DNA from: Clostridium mobile | GTDB taxonomy: Bacteria; Bacillota; Clostridia; Clostridiales; Clostridiaceae | Assembly: GCF_018918285.1 (NCBI RefSeq) | Contig: NZ_JAHLQF010000001.1 | Location: 673,284-697,283 of the forward strand | DNA: 24,000 nt | Direction of reading: 5' to 3' | Part shown: in pieces, positions 1 through 9,783 of the stretch | Layout: each line of letters opens with the position of its first letter | How positions within the stretch are numbered: position 1 is the stretch's first letter | The notes under the pieces: model-generated | Database searches by the model: none | The model's input: only the letters and a program-made list of their open reading frames with translations | What the model was told of the DNA's origin: nothing | Made by a program: the position numbers and the translations under genes

Positions 1-1269
1 ATAAAACTTTTCCTTTACTTTAGGGAGTTCTTCTTTCTCTATACCACACCCATTATCCTCTACCTTTATGATAGCATACTCTTTTTCTTTATAAATACTT
101 AAGCTTATCTTTTTATTATTTACGTCATCTTTCATAAACTTAAATGCATTATCTAATAAATTTATTAAAACTTGTTTTATTCTATTTTTATCCATAAAAA
201 GTACAGGCAATTCATCTTCATAATTTATAGTAAAATCTATCTTCTCTCTTTTGCTTCTCGGTCCTATATATTTTTCTATATACTCAATAATTTCACCAAT
301 ATTTGTTTTCTCTTTTTTTATGCTTACTTTACCCGAAATCAGCTTTGAAAAATCTAATAATTCCTCTACCATTAATGATAATCTGTCACTTTCTTTTTCA
401 ATAATAGTAAGTCCATCTCTAATTAAATCCTCTGGAGGAAATTCTTCAGTATTTAATGTAATTGCCCACCCTTTTATAGCTGTTAGAGGGGTTCTAAGTT
501 CGTGAGATACCGAAGAAATAAAGTCATTTTTCAGCTTCTCCTTTTTTAATAACTCCTCTGCCATGTAGTTTAAAGTATCTGATAATTTCCCTATTTCATC
601 GTCCATTTCTTTTTCATTTCTTATTTCCAAGTCACCATTAGCCATTTTTTCAGCAGTTTTAGTAAGTTTTTTTAGAGGATCTACAATGCTATTGGATAAA
701 AAAATACTAATTATTCCTACTAAAATTATAACAATAAAACCTATCAACAAAAATAAAGTGGATATTGACATAATAGCTTTATCCACATCTCTTAAAGTAC
801 TAATATACCTCAACACGCCAACTATTTTACCTTGAGATTTTAAAGGATAGGATATTGCCATTACTTTAGCATTATCATATTCCACCATTCCAATCCATTT
901 GCCAAGTTCTCCTTTTAGAGCCTTTTTTACATCAGGACTATCGATTAATTCTTTAGGACTAGTTCCTATTGAATCCATTAGTACATTTCCTTTTAAATTT
1001 ATTATTTGCACTTGTGCATTGGTCTGTTTCCAAAACACATCCACATTTTCCATTATATTTTCTTCTAGGGAACTATTTGAAAAATATCTAGAATAGAAAT
1101 CCGAAGAAATTTTAATTTGGTTTGATAATACTTCTTCTACATTACTATAATAATACATTTTTACAAAATTCATTAATACGGTTTCTATAGCCATAACAGT
1201 TATGACTATAATAATCATAAAACTTCTAAACAGCCTTTTTTTAATACTTCTTTTTAAATCTTTTTCCAT
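1..1269 (-). CDS. Sensor histidine kinase, first 423 codons (C-terminus lies beyond the window start)
   Basis: Absent from the ORF track because there is no stop in the window. My minus-strand translation from ATG at 1269 reads MEKDLKRSIKKRLFRSFMIIIVITVMAIE.... It has two hydrophobic segments and the H-box EKLKNDFISSVSHELRTPLT (rc of 481-540). It also has the N-box IKQVLINLLDNAFKF (rc of 121-180) and the G1 box EDNGCGIEKEELPKVKEKFY (rc of 1-60). The frame is open to position 1. The start overlaps the response-regulator stop by 16 nt. Confidence 0.85.
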   Translation of the reverse strand, partial: MEKDLKRSIKKRLFRSFMIIIVITVMAIETVLMNFVKMYYYSNVEEVLSNQIKISSDFYSRYFSNSSLEENIMENVDVFWKQTNAQVQIINLKGNVLMDSIGTSPKELIDSPDVKKALKGELGKWIGMVEYDNAKVMAISYPLKSQGKIVGVLRYISTLRDVDKAIMSISTLFLLIGFIVIILVGIISIFLSNSIVDPLKKLTKTAEKMANGDLEIRNEKEMDDEIGKLSDTLNYMAEELLKKEKLKNDFISSVSHELRTPLTAIKGWAITLNTEEFPPEDLIRDGLTIIEKESDRLSLMVEELLDFSKLISGKVSIKKEKTNIGEIIEYIEKYIGPRSKREKIDFTINYEDELPVLFMDKNRIKQVLINLLDNAFKFMKDDVNNKKISLSIYKEKEYAIIKVEDNGCGIEKEELPKVKEKFY

Positions 1270-1940
1270 CTATATCCTCTTCCCCATACGGTTTCAATAT
1301 ATACTGGATTAGAGGGATTATCCTCTACTTTTGCTCTTAATCTTCTTATATTTACATCTACAATCTTTGAATCTCCAACAAAATCATAACCCCAAACTAA
1401 ATCTAATAGTTCATCTCTACTAAATGCTTTATCCTCATTTTCAACAAATATTTTCATCAGCATATACTCTTTTGGCGTTACATCCAATTCTTCATTGTTT
1501 TTATATACCTTTTGAGAGTATACATCTAATTTAAAAGACCCGCTGGTCAATATCTGTTTTTCTTCTTCAATATGGTTTTCCATTCTTCTTAATATAGCTT
1601 TTATCCTTAGAACTAGCTCAGATGGGTTAAAAGGTTTTACCATATAATCATCTGCTCCAAATTCTAAACCCATTATCTTGTCTATATCTTGAGTTCTGGC
1701 TGTAAGCATTATTATACCAATATTTTGATATTCATTTCTCAATATTTCGCAAACCTTAAATCCATCAATACCTGGAAGCATAACATCCAAAATAGCTATC
1801 TCTGGGTCCTCTAACTTTGCTAGTCTTATACCCTCTTCTCCCGTTTCTGCCTCTATCACATTAAAATTATTTCTTTGTAAATTTATTTTAAGAAAACTTC
1901 TTATACTCATCTCATCTTCGACAACTAAAATTTTAACCAT
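1254..1940 (-). CDS. OmpR/PhoB-family response regulator (receiver domain plus winged-helix DNA-binding domain)
   Basis: Track ORF 1254..1949. It has the receiver motif ILVVEDE...LDVMLPGIDG...MLTA and a C-terminal winged helix ending in VWGRGYRW. I prefer ATG at 1940 (MVKILVV), 6 nt after AGGGTG. The GTG at 1949 and ATG at 1946 are alternative starts. Confidence 0.9.
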   Translation of the reverse strand: MVKILVVEDEMSIRSFLKINLQRNNFNVIEAETGEEGIRLAKLEDPEIAILDVMLPGIDGFKVCEILRNEYQNIGIIMLTARTQDIDKIMGLEFGADDYMVKPFNPSELVLRIKAILRRMENHIEEEKQILTSGSFKLDVYSQKVYKNNEELDVTPKEYMLMKIFVENEDKAFSRDELLDLVWGYDFVGDSKIVDVNIRRLRAKVEDNPSNPVYIETVWGRGYRWKKI

Positions 1941-2135
1941 AATCATCACCCTTATACATACTTAATATATCAATTTTATAATAAACCATATATAAAATAA
2001 AGGGTTACAAATTTGTTTCAATTTATTTTCTCAATTATAATTTTTTAACATAAGTATTATTTATGCTAAAACGACTAAAAATATAATAACATCACTTTAG
2101 TAAAATTGTCACGAAATTTAAAGGTAAAAATTAAA

Positions 2136-2180
2136 AATTGAGAATTGAAAGCCTTAACTCTTAACTTCCAATTCTCAATT
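2136..2180 (-). terminator. Putative terminator of the ATPase gene
   Basis: The arms are a perfect 12-bp inverted repeat: AATTGAGAATTG (2136-2147) and CAATTCTCAATT (2169-2180). The loop is long (21 nt). On the minus strand the hairpin is followed by TTTTAATTTTT. Confidence 0.4.
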
Positions 2181-2203
2181 ATAAATTTTAACTAAGTTCT
2201 TAA

Positions 2204-4615
2204 TTAAACTCTAACTATTCTCATAGCATTTAATACTGCAATTAGAGCCACTCCAACGTCTGCAAAAACCGCTGCCCACATATTTGTAAGTCCTAGTGCT
2301 GCTAATATCAGTACAAAAATCTTTACTCCAAGAGCAAAAACTATATTTTGCATAACAATTCTTCTTGTTTTTTTAGCTACTTGTATAGCAGTAATAAGCT
2401 TTGATGGTTCATCTGTCATTATTACAACATCTGAAGCTTCAATAGCAGCATCTGAACCAAGAGCTCCCATTGCCACTCCTATATCAGCCCTTCTTAATAC
2501 TGGAGCATCGTTTATTCCATCTCCAACGAATATTAAATTTCCTTTTTTATTTGAATAAAGTTTTTCTACAATATCAACCTTATCTCCTGGTAATAATTCT
2601 GAGTAAACTTTATCTATATTTAATATTTCTCCTACTTTCTCTCCTACCTTTTTGCTATCCCCTGTAAGCATAACAATGTTATTTATGCCTTTTTCCTTTA
2701 ATTTTTTAATAGCATCCTTGGAATCTTCTTTTATTTGATCTGATATAACCATATATCCCCAATATACTCCATCTACAGCTAAGTGAGTTATTGTTCCGTA
2801 ATCTTCAACCTCTTTACTCTTTATATTTTCCTTGCTCATTAATTTGTCATTTCCAAGCAATACTTTTTTTCCATCTATTAATGCCTTAACGCCCATTCCC
2901 CATATCTCTTCATAATCTTTAATTACATTCTTGTCTACTTCTTTTCCATAGTAATCTCTTATAGATATAGCTATAGGGTGATTTGAGAAACTTTCAATAA
3001 GAGCTGCTTTATAAGCAAAATCCTCTTTATTTATTCCTTCTTCTAAATATAAGTTATTTACTTTAAACTCTCCCTTTGTTAAAGTTCCAGTTTTATCAAA
3101 TACAACAGTATCTACATTATTTAATGCTTCAAGATAATTTCCACCCTTTACTAATATACCTTTCTTAGATGAAGCACCAATTCCACCAAAGAAAGTTAAA
3201 GGAATTGAAACTACCAATGCACATGGACAAGATATTACTAAGAATGTTAATGCTCTATATATCCATTCTGAGAAAGTTGCACCTTCAATAAATAAAGGTG
3301 GCAATATAGCTAAAGCAACTGCTGTAAATACAACTGCTGGAGTATAATATCTTGCAAATTTAGTAATAAACTTTTCTGTTGGCGCTTTTTTAGCTCCTGC
3401 ATTTTCTACCAAATCTAATATTTTAGCTACTGTTGATTGTCCATAATTTTTACTTACTTTAACCTTTAATAAAGCTGTTTTATTAATAAATCCAGAAAGT
3501 ATTTCACTTCCTTCTTTTACTCTTCTTTGAACAGATTCTCCTGTTAGAGCTGAAGTATCGATAAAAGATTCTCCTTCTAGTACAACTCCATCAAGAGGAA
3601 CTCTTTCTCCCGGTTTTACTATAACTACATCTCCAACTTCCACTTCTTCAGGTGAAACCTTGCTTATATTACTATCTACTAATAAATTTGCATAATCAGG
3701 CCTAATGTCTAATAGAGCAGAGATAGATTTTCTTGAACGATCTACAGCATAGTCTTGGAATATTTCACCTACTTGATAGAACAACATAACAGCTACAGCT
3801 TCAGCATAATCATTTATAGCAAAAGCCCCTAATGTAGCAACAGTCATTAGAAAATTCTCATCAAAAACCTGTCCTCTTGAAATATTTCTAAAGGCCTTTA
3901 ATACTATTTCTCCACCTATTAACAAGTAACTTATAATAAATAGGACTAATCCTATCATACCTTTATCTTTTAAAAGAGCTGCAATTATTGCAATTACTGC
4001 CCCTATTGCAATTTGATATATTTTTCTTTTTCCTTCAAATTTCTCTTCTCTTTCTTCTTCTATTTCTTTCGCTACTTCTTTTGCTTCCTCTACCTTTCTT
4101 ACCATAGGTGCATTTTTTTCAGATACTTTTACATCTGGTTCGTATTTATTAACTATCTCTTTAGTTTTATTTATTATACTCTCTTTATTTTTTTCTTCTT
4201 TTAAATTTATAGTCAGTACCTTAGATACAAAATTCATAGAAGCATCTTTAACTTCTGATAGTTCTCCAACTGCTCTTTCAATTTTTGCTGAACAATTAGC
4301 ACAATCTAATCCTTCTAAGATTAATTCTACTTTACTGATCTTATTTTCATGTTTCTGTATTTTTTTTATTTCAGCTATGGACTTTCTTTCCCTTACTTTC
4401 ACATGTGGTTCATATTTATTCACTGTTTCTTTAGTTTTGCCTAATACATTATCTCTATTTTTTTCTTCTTTTAACATTATAGTTAATACTTTAGTAACAA
4501 AGTTCATATAAGCGCTTTCTACTTCTTCAAAATTATTTACAGCTCTCTCTATTTTTGCTGAACAATTAGCGCAATCTAATCCATCTAATACTAATTCTAA
4601 TTTATTTCCTTTCAT
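2204..4615 (-). CDS. cadA: Heavy-metal (Cd/Zn/Co type, P1B) translocating P-type ATPase with two N-terminal HMA domains
   Basis: 803-aa ORF. GLDCANCSAKIERAV occurs twice (HMA metal-binding motif of the CadA type). It has the transmembrane CPC motif (VISCPCALVVS), the phosphorylation site DKTGTLT and the hinge VGDGINDAP. The RBS is GGGGGG, 8 nt before the ATG. Confidence 0.92.
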   Translation of the reverse strand: MKGNKLELVLDGLDCANCSAKIERAVNNFEEVESAYMNFVTKVLTIMLKEEKNRDNVLGKTKETVNKYEPHVKVRERKSIAEIKKIQKHENKISKVELILEGLDCANCSAKIERAVGELSEVKDASMNFVSKVLTINLKEEKNKESIINKTKEIVNKYEPDVKVSEKNAPMVRKVEEAKEVAKEIEEEREEKFEGKRKIYQIAIGAVIAIIAALLKDKGMIGLVLFIISYLLIGGEIVLKAFRNISRGQVFDENFLMTVATLGAFAINDYAEAVAVMLFYQVGEIFQDYAVDRSRKSISALLDIRPDYANLLVDSNISKVSPEEVEVGDVVIVKPGERVPLDGVVLEGESFIDTSALTGESVQRRVKEGSEILSGFINKTALLKVKVSKNYGQSTVAKILDLVENAGAKKAPTEKFITKFARYYTPAVVFTAVALAILPPLFIEGATFSEWIYRALTFLVISCPCALVVSIPLTFFGGIGASSKKGILVKGGNYLEALNNVDTVVFDKTGTLTKGEFKVNNLYLEEGINKEDFAYKAALIESFSNHPIAISIRDYYGKEVDKNVIKDYEEIWGMGVKALIDGKKVLLGNDKLMSKENIKSKEVEDYGTITHLAVDGVYWGYMVISDQIKEDSKDAIKKLKEKGINNIVMLTGDSKKVGEKVGEILNIDKVYSELLPGDKVDIVEKLYSNKKGNLIFVGDGINDAPVLRRADIGVAMGALGSDAAIEASDVVIMTDEPSKLITAIQVAKKTRRIVMQNIVFALGVKIFVLILAALGLTNMWAAVFADVGVALIAVLNAMRIVRV

Positions 4616-4637
4616 GAATTATTACCCCCCACTCAAA

Positions 4638-4661
4638 ACATATGAATAACTGTTCATATGT
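4638..4661. promoter_or_regulatory. ArsR/SmtB (CzrA/CadC-like) type operator palindrome
   Basis: ACATATGAA-TAACTG-TTCATATGT has perfect 9-bp inverted arms. It lies directly downstream of the -10 box of the ATPase promoter and upstream of its RBS. TGAA...TTCA-rich imperfect 12-2-12 operators are typical of metal-sensing ArsR/SmtB repressors. Confidence 0.55.
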
Positions 4662-4663
4662 TC

Positions 4664-4692
4664 ATTCTAGTACTATTATTAATATATGTCAA
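4664..4692 (-). promoter_or_regulatory. Sigma-A type promoter of the ATPase gene
   Basis: Read on the minus strand: TTGACA (rc of 4687-4692), a 17-nt spacer, then TAGAAT (rc of 4664-4669). Confidence 0.6.
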
Positions 4693-4768
4693 TATATATT
4701 TATGTGTATTTACTTTTTCTTTTTTATTATGTATTATAATTGTAATTTATTCTTAAGGAGGTATTATT

Positions 4769-6571
4769 ATGGAAAACACAAAAAAAATTAAAACTAGAGA
4801 TGAAATAGAGCCCAAATACAAATGGGCAATAGATAAAATCTATTCTAATGAATCTTTGTGGGAAGAAGATTTTTCAAAGTTAAAAGAACTTACTCCCAAG
4901 TTATCTCACTATGAAGGAAAACTTAGTGATGGAAAGGAACTGTTTAATTTCTTAAAGCTTGATGAAGAAATTAGTAGATTAGCAGAAAAATTACACATAT
5001 ATGCTCATTGTAGAGCTGATGAAGATACAGCTAATACTAAATATCAAGCACTATGGAATAAAATTGTGAGCTTTATTCCTCAAATCAATGCTGAAAAATC
5101 TTTTTTTCTTCCTGAAATACTAGCTATGGATGAAAAGCATCTACTAAAAGAAATTGAAAATATTCCTGAACTTAAGATATATTCCTTTGCTATTAATGAT
5201 ATATTGAATCTAAAGCCGCACACTTTAAGTAAAGGAGAGGAGAGAATTTTAGCTGCTGTAAGCGATTCTTTAGAAGCTCCCGCTAATATTTTTAATATAC
5301 TTTCAAATGCAGACATGACTTTTCCTAAAATAAAAGATGAGTCAGGTATTGAAGTTGAGCTTTCTGATAAAAATTATTCAATTTATATAACTTCAAAAGA
5401 TAGAAGAGTTAGAGAAGATGCCTTTAAAACTTTATTTTCAACCTACGAAAAATTTAAAAATACCTTTGCTACTTCATTAACATCTTCCATGAAAGCTTTC
5501 ATTTTTAATTCCCAAATGAGGAAATACTCTTCTTCTTTAGAAAGCTCATTAAAACCAAATAACATTCCTCTAGAAGTGTATTACAAAACTATAGAAACCA
5601 TAAACAATAACCTATCTGCCCTTCATAGATACGTTAAGATTAAGAAACAGTTATTAGGGCTAGAGGAAATTCATATGTATGATTTATACGTTCCAATTAT
5701 AAATACCCCTGATATAGAAGTATCTTATGAAGATGGGGTTAAATTAATAGAAAAAGGATTGAATCCTCTAGGAGAAGATTATTTAAAAATATTCAAAGGT
5801 GGCATAAAAGAAGGTTGGGTTGATGTATATGAAAATAAATGCAAAAGAGGAGGGGCTTATTCTACAGGTTCCTATGATACAATGCCTTACATACTTTTAA
5901 ATTACCACAATAAAATTAATGATGTATCAACTTTAGCTCATGAGATGGGTCACTCTATACACTCATATTACTCTAATAAAACACAACCTTATATTTACTC
6001 AAACTATACTCTATTCTGTGCGGAAGTTGCTTCAATCACTAATGAATGCATTTTAATTGACTACTTAATAAAAAATGAACAGGATAAACTGAAAAAACTA
6101 TACTATATTAACAACGAATTAGAACAGATTAGAACTACTGTATTTAGGCAAGTTATGTTTGCAGAATTTGAAATGATCACTCAAGGAGAACTTGAAAAAG
6201 GTACTCCATTGACTAGCGAAGAACTTTGCAACATATGGCATGATTTAAATGTAAAATACTTTGGACCTGAGATGATAGTAGATAAAGAAATAGACATGGA
6301 ATGGGCTAGAATACCTCACTTCTACTACAATTTTTATGTATACCAATATGCAACAGGCTTTGCTGCAGCAAATTCCTTTAGTGAAAGAATACTAAAAGGA
6401 GAAGAAGGTGCTTTAGAAAACTATATATCCTTCTTAAAAAGTGGTGGCAGTGACTACCCTATAAATCTATTGAAGAAAGCTGGAGTAGACATGACTACTT
6501 CAAAACCTATGGAAGATACTATAAATAGATTCAATGAATTATTAGATATGTTAGAAGAAACAATTTCTTAA
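4769..6571 (+). CDS. pepF: Oligoendopeptidase F (M3B metallopeptidase)
   Basis: 600-aa ORF with the zinc motif HEMGHSIH, M3-family length and typical N-terminal (KYKW) and C-terminal (GGS..P) segments. A strong RBS, AAGGAGG, precedes the ATG. Confidence 0.9.
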   Translation: MENTKKIKTRDEIEPKYKWAIDKIYSNESLWEEDFSKLKELTPKLSHYEGKLSDGKELFNFLKLDEEISRLAEKLHIYAHCRADEDTANTKYQALWNKIVSFIPQINAEKSFFLPEILAMDEKHLLKEIENIPELKIYSFAINDILNLKPHTLSKGEERILAAVSDSLEAPANIFNILSNADMTFPKIKDESGIEVELSDKNYSIYITSKDRRVREDAFKTLFSTYEKFKNTFATSLTSSMKAFIFNSQMRKYSSSLESSLKPNNIPLEVYYKTIETINNNLSALHRYVKIKKQLLGLEEIHMYDLYVPIINTPDIEVSYEDGVKLIEKGLNPLGEDYLKIFKGGIKEGWVDVYENKCKRGGAYSTGSYDTMPYILLNYHNKINDVSTLAHEMGHSIHSYYSNKTQPYIYSNYTLFCAEVASITNECILIDYLIKNEQDKLKKLYYINNELEQIRTTVFRQVMFAEFEMITQGELEKGTPLTSEELCNIWHDLNVKYFGPEMIVDKEIDMEWARIPHFYYNFYVYQYATGFAAANSFSERILKGEEGALENYISFLKSGGSDYPINLLKKAGVDMTTSKPMEDTINRFNELLDMLEETIS

Positions 6572-6590
6572 TGAAAAAGCTTAAAATTTT

Positions 6591-6615
6591 AGGGATTTTG
6601 CATTGCAAAATCCCT
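6591..6615. terminator. Bidirectional terminator hairpin between convergent pepF and hisS
   Basis: AGGGATTTTGCA-T-TGCAAAATCCCT is a near-perfect palindrome. It is followed by TTATT on the plus strand and preceded by an A-rich run. Confidence 0.65.
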
Positions 6616-6652
6616 TTATTAATTCTGAATTTCTAATTCTTAATGAAAATAA

Positions 6653-7966
6653 CTATCTAATTAAATTAACCGCTTCTTCTAAAGAAATCATATTTTGTTC
6701 CCCTGAAGTCATGTTTTTAATTGTTAGTTTATTTTCTTTAACTTCATCTGGTCCTATTAATATAACATAAGGTATTTTTAGCTTATCTGCATATGCAAAT
6801 TTCTTACCTATCTTTCCATCTTCTAGATAAAGTTCAGCAACTACCCCTTTGTTTCTTAATCCATTAGCAACCTTTATAGATTCTTCTATGCAATCATCCA
6901 TTGGAATAACTAAAGCCTGGGATAAAGTTGATGAAGCATTCTCTCCCCATATATTAGCTTCTCTTAATTGATAAAATAATCTTGTAAGACCTATGGAAAT
7001 TCCAACTCCAGGAAGCTTTTGATTTGTATAATATTCTGCTAAATTATCATACCTTCCACCTGAACAAACACTTCCAATACTTGGGTAATTATCTAGTATA
7101 GTTTCATACACTGTACCAGTATAGTAATCAAGTCCTCTTGCAATAGTAAGGTCTATTCTAAAGTTCTTTTCTGGCACATTGAAGCATCTTATATAATGTA
7201 CTACTTTACTAAGTTCATCATATCCTTCTTTAAATACTTCACTATTAACTCCTAATTCACCTAAAGCTTTTAAAACTTGGTCGTTTTCTCCCTTTATTTT
7301 AATAAACTCCATTACTTTTTTAACTGCGCCTTCTTCAACGCCTAAATCCATTAACTCTTTAATTACAGCTTCTTCGCCAATCTTTTCTATCTTATCAATT
7401 GTCCTTAAAACATCGCCTTTATTAGTTATATTTAAATACTCAAAAAATCCATTCAATATCTTTCTATTATTGATTCTTATGGTGAAATCTTCAAAGCCCA
7501 ATTCTTTAAAAGTAGAATATATTACGCTAGGTATTTCCGCATCGTTAATTATACTTAATTTTCCGTTACCAATAATATCTATATCAGCTTGATAAAATTC
7601 TCTAAAACGTCCTTTTTGATTTCTTTCTCCTCTGTACACCTTTGAAATATGATATCTTCTAAAAGGGAAATTTAGATCATTAAAATGCTGGGATACATAT
7701 CTTGCCAAAGGTACTGTTAAATCAAACCTCATGGATATGTCCGTATCCCCTTTCATGAATCTATATATTTGTTTTTCCGTTTCTCCTCCACCTTTTGCTA
7801 AAAGTACCTCTGACTTTTCCATTACAGGTGTATCAAGTGGTATAAATCCAAACTTTTCATAATTATGTCTTATCGTATCCATCACTTTATTAAAAACTAT
7901 TTGATCCGCAGGCAATAGTTCCATAAAACCAGGTAATATAGATGGCTTAACTATATCATTTGACAA
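6653..7966 (-). CDS. hisS: Histidine--tRNA ligase (class II, with C-terminal anticodon-binding domain)
   Basis: 437-aa ORF with class II motifs (FRYERPQ-like YRGERNQKGRFREFYQ and GGRYDNL) and a C-terminal anticodon-binding domain. HisZ would lack the GGRYD motif and the anticodon domain. The start is TTG at 7966, 7 nt after GGAGGG. Confidence 0.88.
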   Translation of the reverse strand: MSNDIVKPSILPGFMELLPADQIVFNKVMDTIRHNYEKFGFIPLDTPVMEKSEVLLAKGGGETEKQIYRFMKGDTDISMRFDLTVPLARYVSQHFNDLNFPFRRYHISKVYRGERNQKGRFREFYQADIDIIGNGKLSIINDAEIPSVIYSTFKELGFEDFTIRINNRKILNGFFEYLNITNKGDVLRTIDKIEKIGEEAVIKELMDLGVEEGAVKKVMEFIKIKGENDQVLKALGELGVNSEVFKEGYDELSKVVHYIRCFNVPEKNFRIDLTIARGLDYYTGTVYETILDNYPSIGSVCSGGRYDNLAEYYTNQKLPGVGISIGLTRLFYQLREANIWGENASSTLSQALVIPMDDCIEESIKVANGLRNKGVVAELYLEDGKIGKKFAYADKLKIPYVILIGPDEVKENKLTIKNMTSGEQNMISLEEAVNLIR

Positions 7967-8131
7967 TTTTATCCCTCCATTTTACATATATGATTGCTTT
8001 CCTTTAGTTTCATATTATAACATAGTTTAACCAATTTTTAAATTTTATTATTCACTATTCATATCCTTTATGATAAAATGATTAATAGTCTAAATTGTAA
8101 AACAATTATTGCATTTACAGGAGTTGATTTT

Positions 8132-8791
8132 ATGTTATTCTTTAACAAAAAGGTAAACCCAAGTACTATTAATGAAATAGGCGAAATAATAAACAAATAC
8201 AATGAGGAATTTGAAGATTGCTATTTACCTCAAGGCACAAAATTTCTTTGGTATTTAGGCGGTCACGAAACTTTAGATTCTTTATGTGAAAATGAATTAA
8301 TTAATTTTGATTTACATAAGCTTTTTGACTATAAAGAAATAGCTTTAGCCAAATGCTTAGATGAGCAACCTAAAGTTAGAAAGTCTTTTTTTTATTCTTT
8401 AAACAACATTAAGCAAAGTCAAGATTTAGAAGATGTTTCTTCTGTATTAGAATTCTTAGAAAATAAAGGCAAGGTATTTATTAATAATTACTTAAAAACC
8501 TTTCAAAAATCAGCAGAGCATTATAACAAAAAGCATAACAAAGGTAAATTACCTGAGTATAGGGAATTATATACTTGGGCAGATGATGAATATGTTTATT
8601 TCTTAGATAAGCTCTTCGTTTATTTAGGTGCCTTTAAAATAAAACTAGATAGCATAATAGATGTCTATCAAAGTGATGATATTGCTAGAACAGTTTTAAA
8701 ATATAGCGAAAATGATGAAATTAATGAATTATATTTTAATTTAGAAGCATATGGAATGCTTAAACATTTTGCTCCTGATAAAAATGATTAA
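8132..8791 (+). CDS. Hypothetical protein (no family recognised)
   Basis: Track ORF 8078..8791. I prefer the internal ATG at 8132 (MLFFNKKV), which is preceded by AGGAG. Composition looks coding throughout. Confidence 0.6.
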   Translation: MLFFNKKVNPSTINEIGEIINKYNEEFEDCYLPQGTKFLWYLGGHETLDSLCENELINFDLHKLFDYKEIALAKCLDEQPKVRKSFFYSLNNIKQSQDLEDVSSVLEFLENKGKVFINNYLKTFQKSAEHYNKKHNKGKLPEYRELYTWADDEYVYFLDKLFVYLGAFKIKLDSIIDVYQSDDIARTVLKYSENDEINELYFNLEAYGMLKHFAPDKND

Positions 8792-8805
8792 ACTTTAAAG
8801 TTTAA

Positions 8806-8838
8806 AAAGACTTTTGGGTAAGTTATCCAAAAGTCTTT
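8806..8838. terminator. Bidirectional terminator between convergent genes
   Basis: The stem is a perfect 12-bp pairing of AAAGACTTTTGG (8806-8817) with CCAAAAGTCTTT (8827-8838), with a 9-nt loop. Confidence 0.7.
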
Positions 8839-8851
8839 AGTTATAAATATT

Positions 8852-9097
8852 TTATAATACTTTTCTCAATTGTTCTGCGTCATACTCTTTTATGAACTTA
8901 TTATTATATTCATCTCTTACTAATAATCTAACTATATTATCCTTAATTTTTAATACTCTTCCTTTAGTTTTAGTTCCTATTATATTAACTGGTGTGCCAT
9001 AGCTTAAGTCTTTTATATTTTCCCCATTACAATAATTACATTTTTCGCTGCCGTTAATAACTCTTTTGCATTCTGTACAATAAAATAATTTTCCCAT
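8852..9097 (-). CDS. Small zinc-ribbon protein, hypothetical
   Basis: 81-aa ORF with CTEC...CNYC (a CxxC-x13-CxxC zinc ribbon) followed by a short beta-rich segment. The RBS is GGAGGG. Confidence 0.6.
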   Translation of the reverse strand: MGKLFYCTECKRVINGSEKCNYCNGENIKDLSYGTPVNIIGTKTKGRVLKIKDNIVRLLVRDEYNNKFIKEYDAEQLRKVL

Positions 9098-9204
9098 GAT
9101 TTATCCCTCCAATTATTTTTGTCCATGTTTATATATTCTATATTTTCTGAATTTTTCCTCCTGGTTTAGTAAATATTTATCTTCTCAATATTTACTAAGT
9201 ATTT

Positions 9205-9783
9205 TTATCTCTTCACTATATAGAACTTAAATAGTGCAAGTATCTCTCTTAAAAAATAATAATATTCTTTTTCCTTATGCTCTGTAACAAAAGCCCCTGA
9301 GAAAGAAGCATCTATTCCAGTTTTTTTAGCCATTAAAGAAGCTCTTTTTAAGTGAAATTTGTTAGATACTACGATAGCTTTATCAAACCCTCTCTCCTCC
9401 ATGATTCTCTTACTCTGTTCTAAATTTTCCATGGTACTAGTGGATAAATCTTCTTTAATTATTGCATCTTCTGGTACACCTTTATTAACTAAATATCTTT
9501 TCATAGCTTCCGCTTCGCTTATATTTTCCCCTGGACCTTGTCCCCCTGAAGCGATTATATAATCCGCATATCCTTCTTTATATAGCCTATAACCTTCTTC
9601 TATTCTTGCCTTTAAAAATGGGCTAGGAGTCTCCCCATAAACACTACATCCAAGAATGATAATACTCTGGCTTTTTTCAGCTTTTGAATTCCACCCAAAA
9701 TTATAAATTTTTAAAGCTAAAACTAAACATAGTGATATGCCAAGTACAATTATCCATATAAACACCTTTTTAACTTTAGTCAT
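9205..9783 (-). CDS. YdcF/SanA/ElyC-like DUF218 membrane-anchored protein
   Basis: The track ORF runs to 9837. I prefer ATG at 9783 (MTKVKKVFIWIIV), preceded by AGAGGAGAG. It has an N-terminal transmembrane helix. The DUF218 pattern follows: IIILGCSVYG...IIASGGQG...SEAEAM..YL...G...I..E..STST.EN. Confidence 0.8.
   Translation of the reverse strand: MTKVKKVFIWIIVLGISLCLVLALKIYNFGWNSKAEKSQSIIILGCSVYGETPSPFLKARIEEGYRLYKEGYADYIIASGGQGPGENISEAEAMKRYLVNKGVPEDAIIKEDLSTSTMENLEQSKRIMEERGFDKAIVVSNKFHLKRASLMAKKTGIDASFSGAFVTEHKEKEYYYFLREILALFKFYIVKR

Noticed and set aside
251-1096. Plus-strand track ORFs 251..505 and 899..1096
   Set aside because: They lie entirely inside the minus-strand histidine-kinase reading frame, which has clear H-box, N-box and G1 motifs. 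Their products are low-complexity and look like shadow-frame translations.
2470-5316. Track ORFs 2470..2667 (+), 4013..4204 (+) and 5080..5316 (-)
   Set aside because: They are antisense shadows within the well-supported cadA and pepF genes. Their translations are F/L/Y/I-rich, typical of AT-rich antisense frames.
7967-8131. T-box leader upstream of hisS
   Set aside because: Only about 165 nt is available. I see no specifier-loop and terminator/antiterminator architecture, nor the conserved T-box sequence. The region looks like a plain divergent promoter region.
9359-9562. Track ORF 9359..9562 (+)
   Set aside because: It is antisense to the DUF218/YdcF gene and has no RBS.
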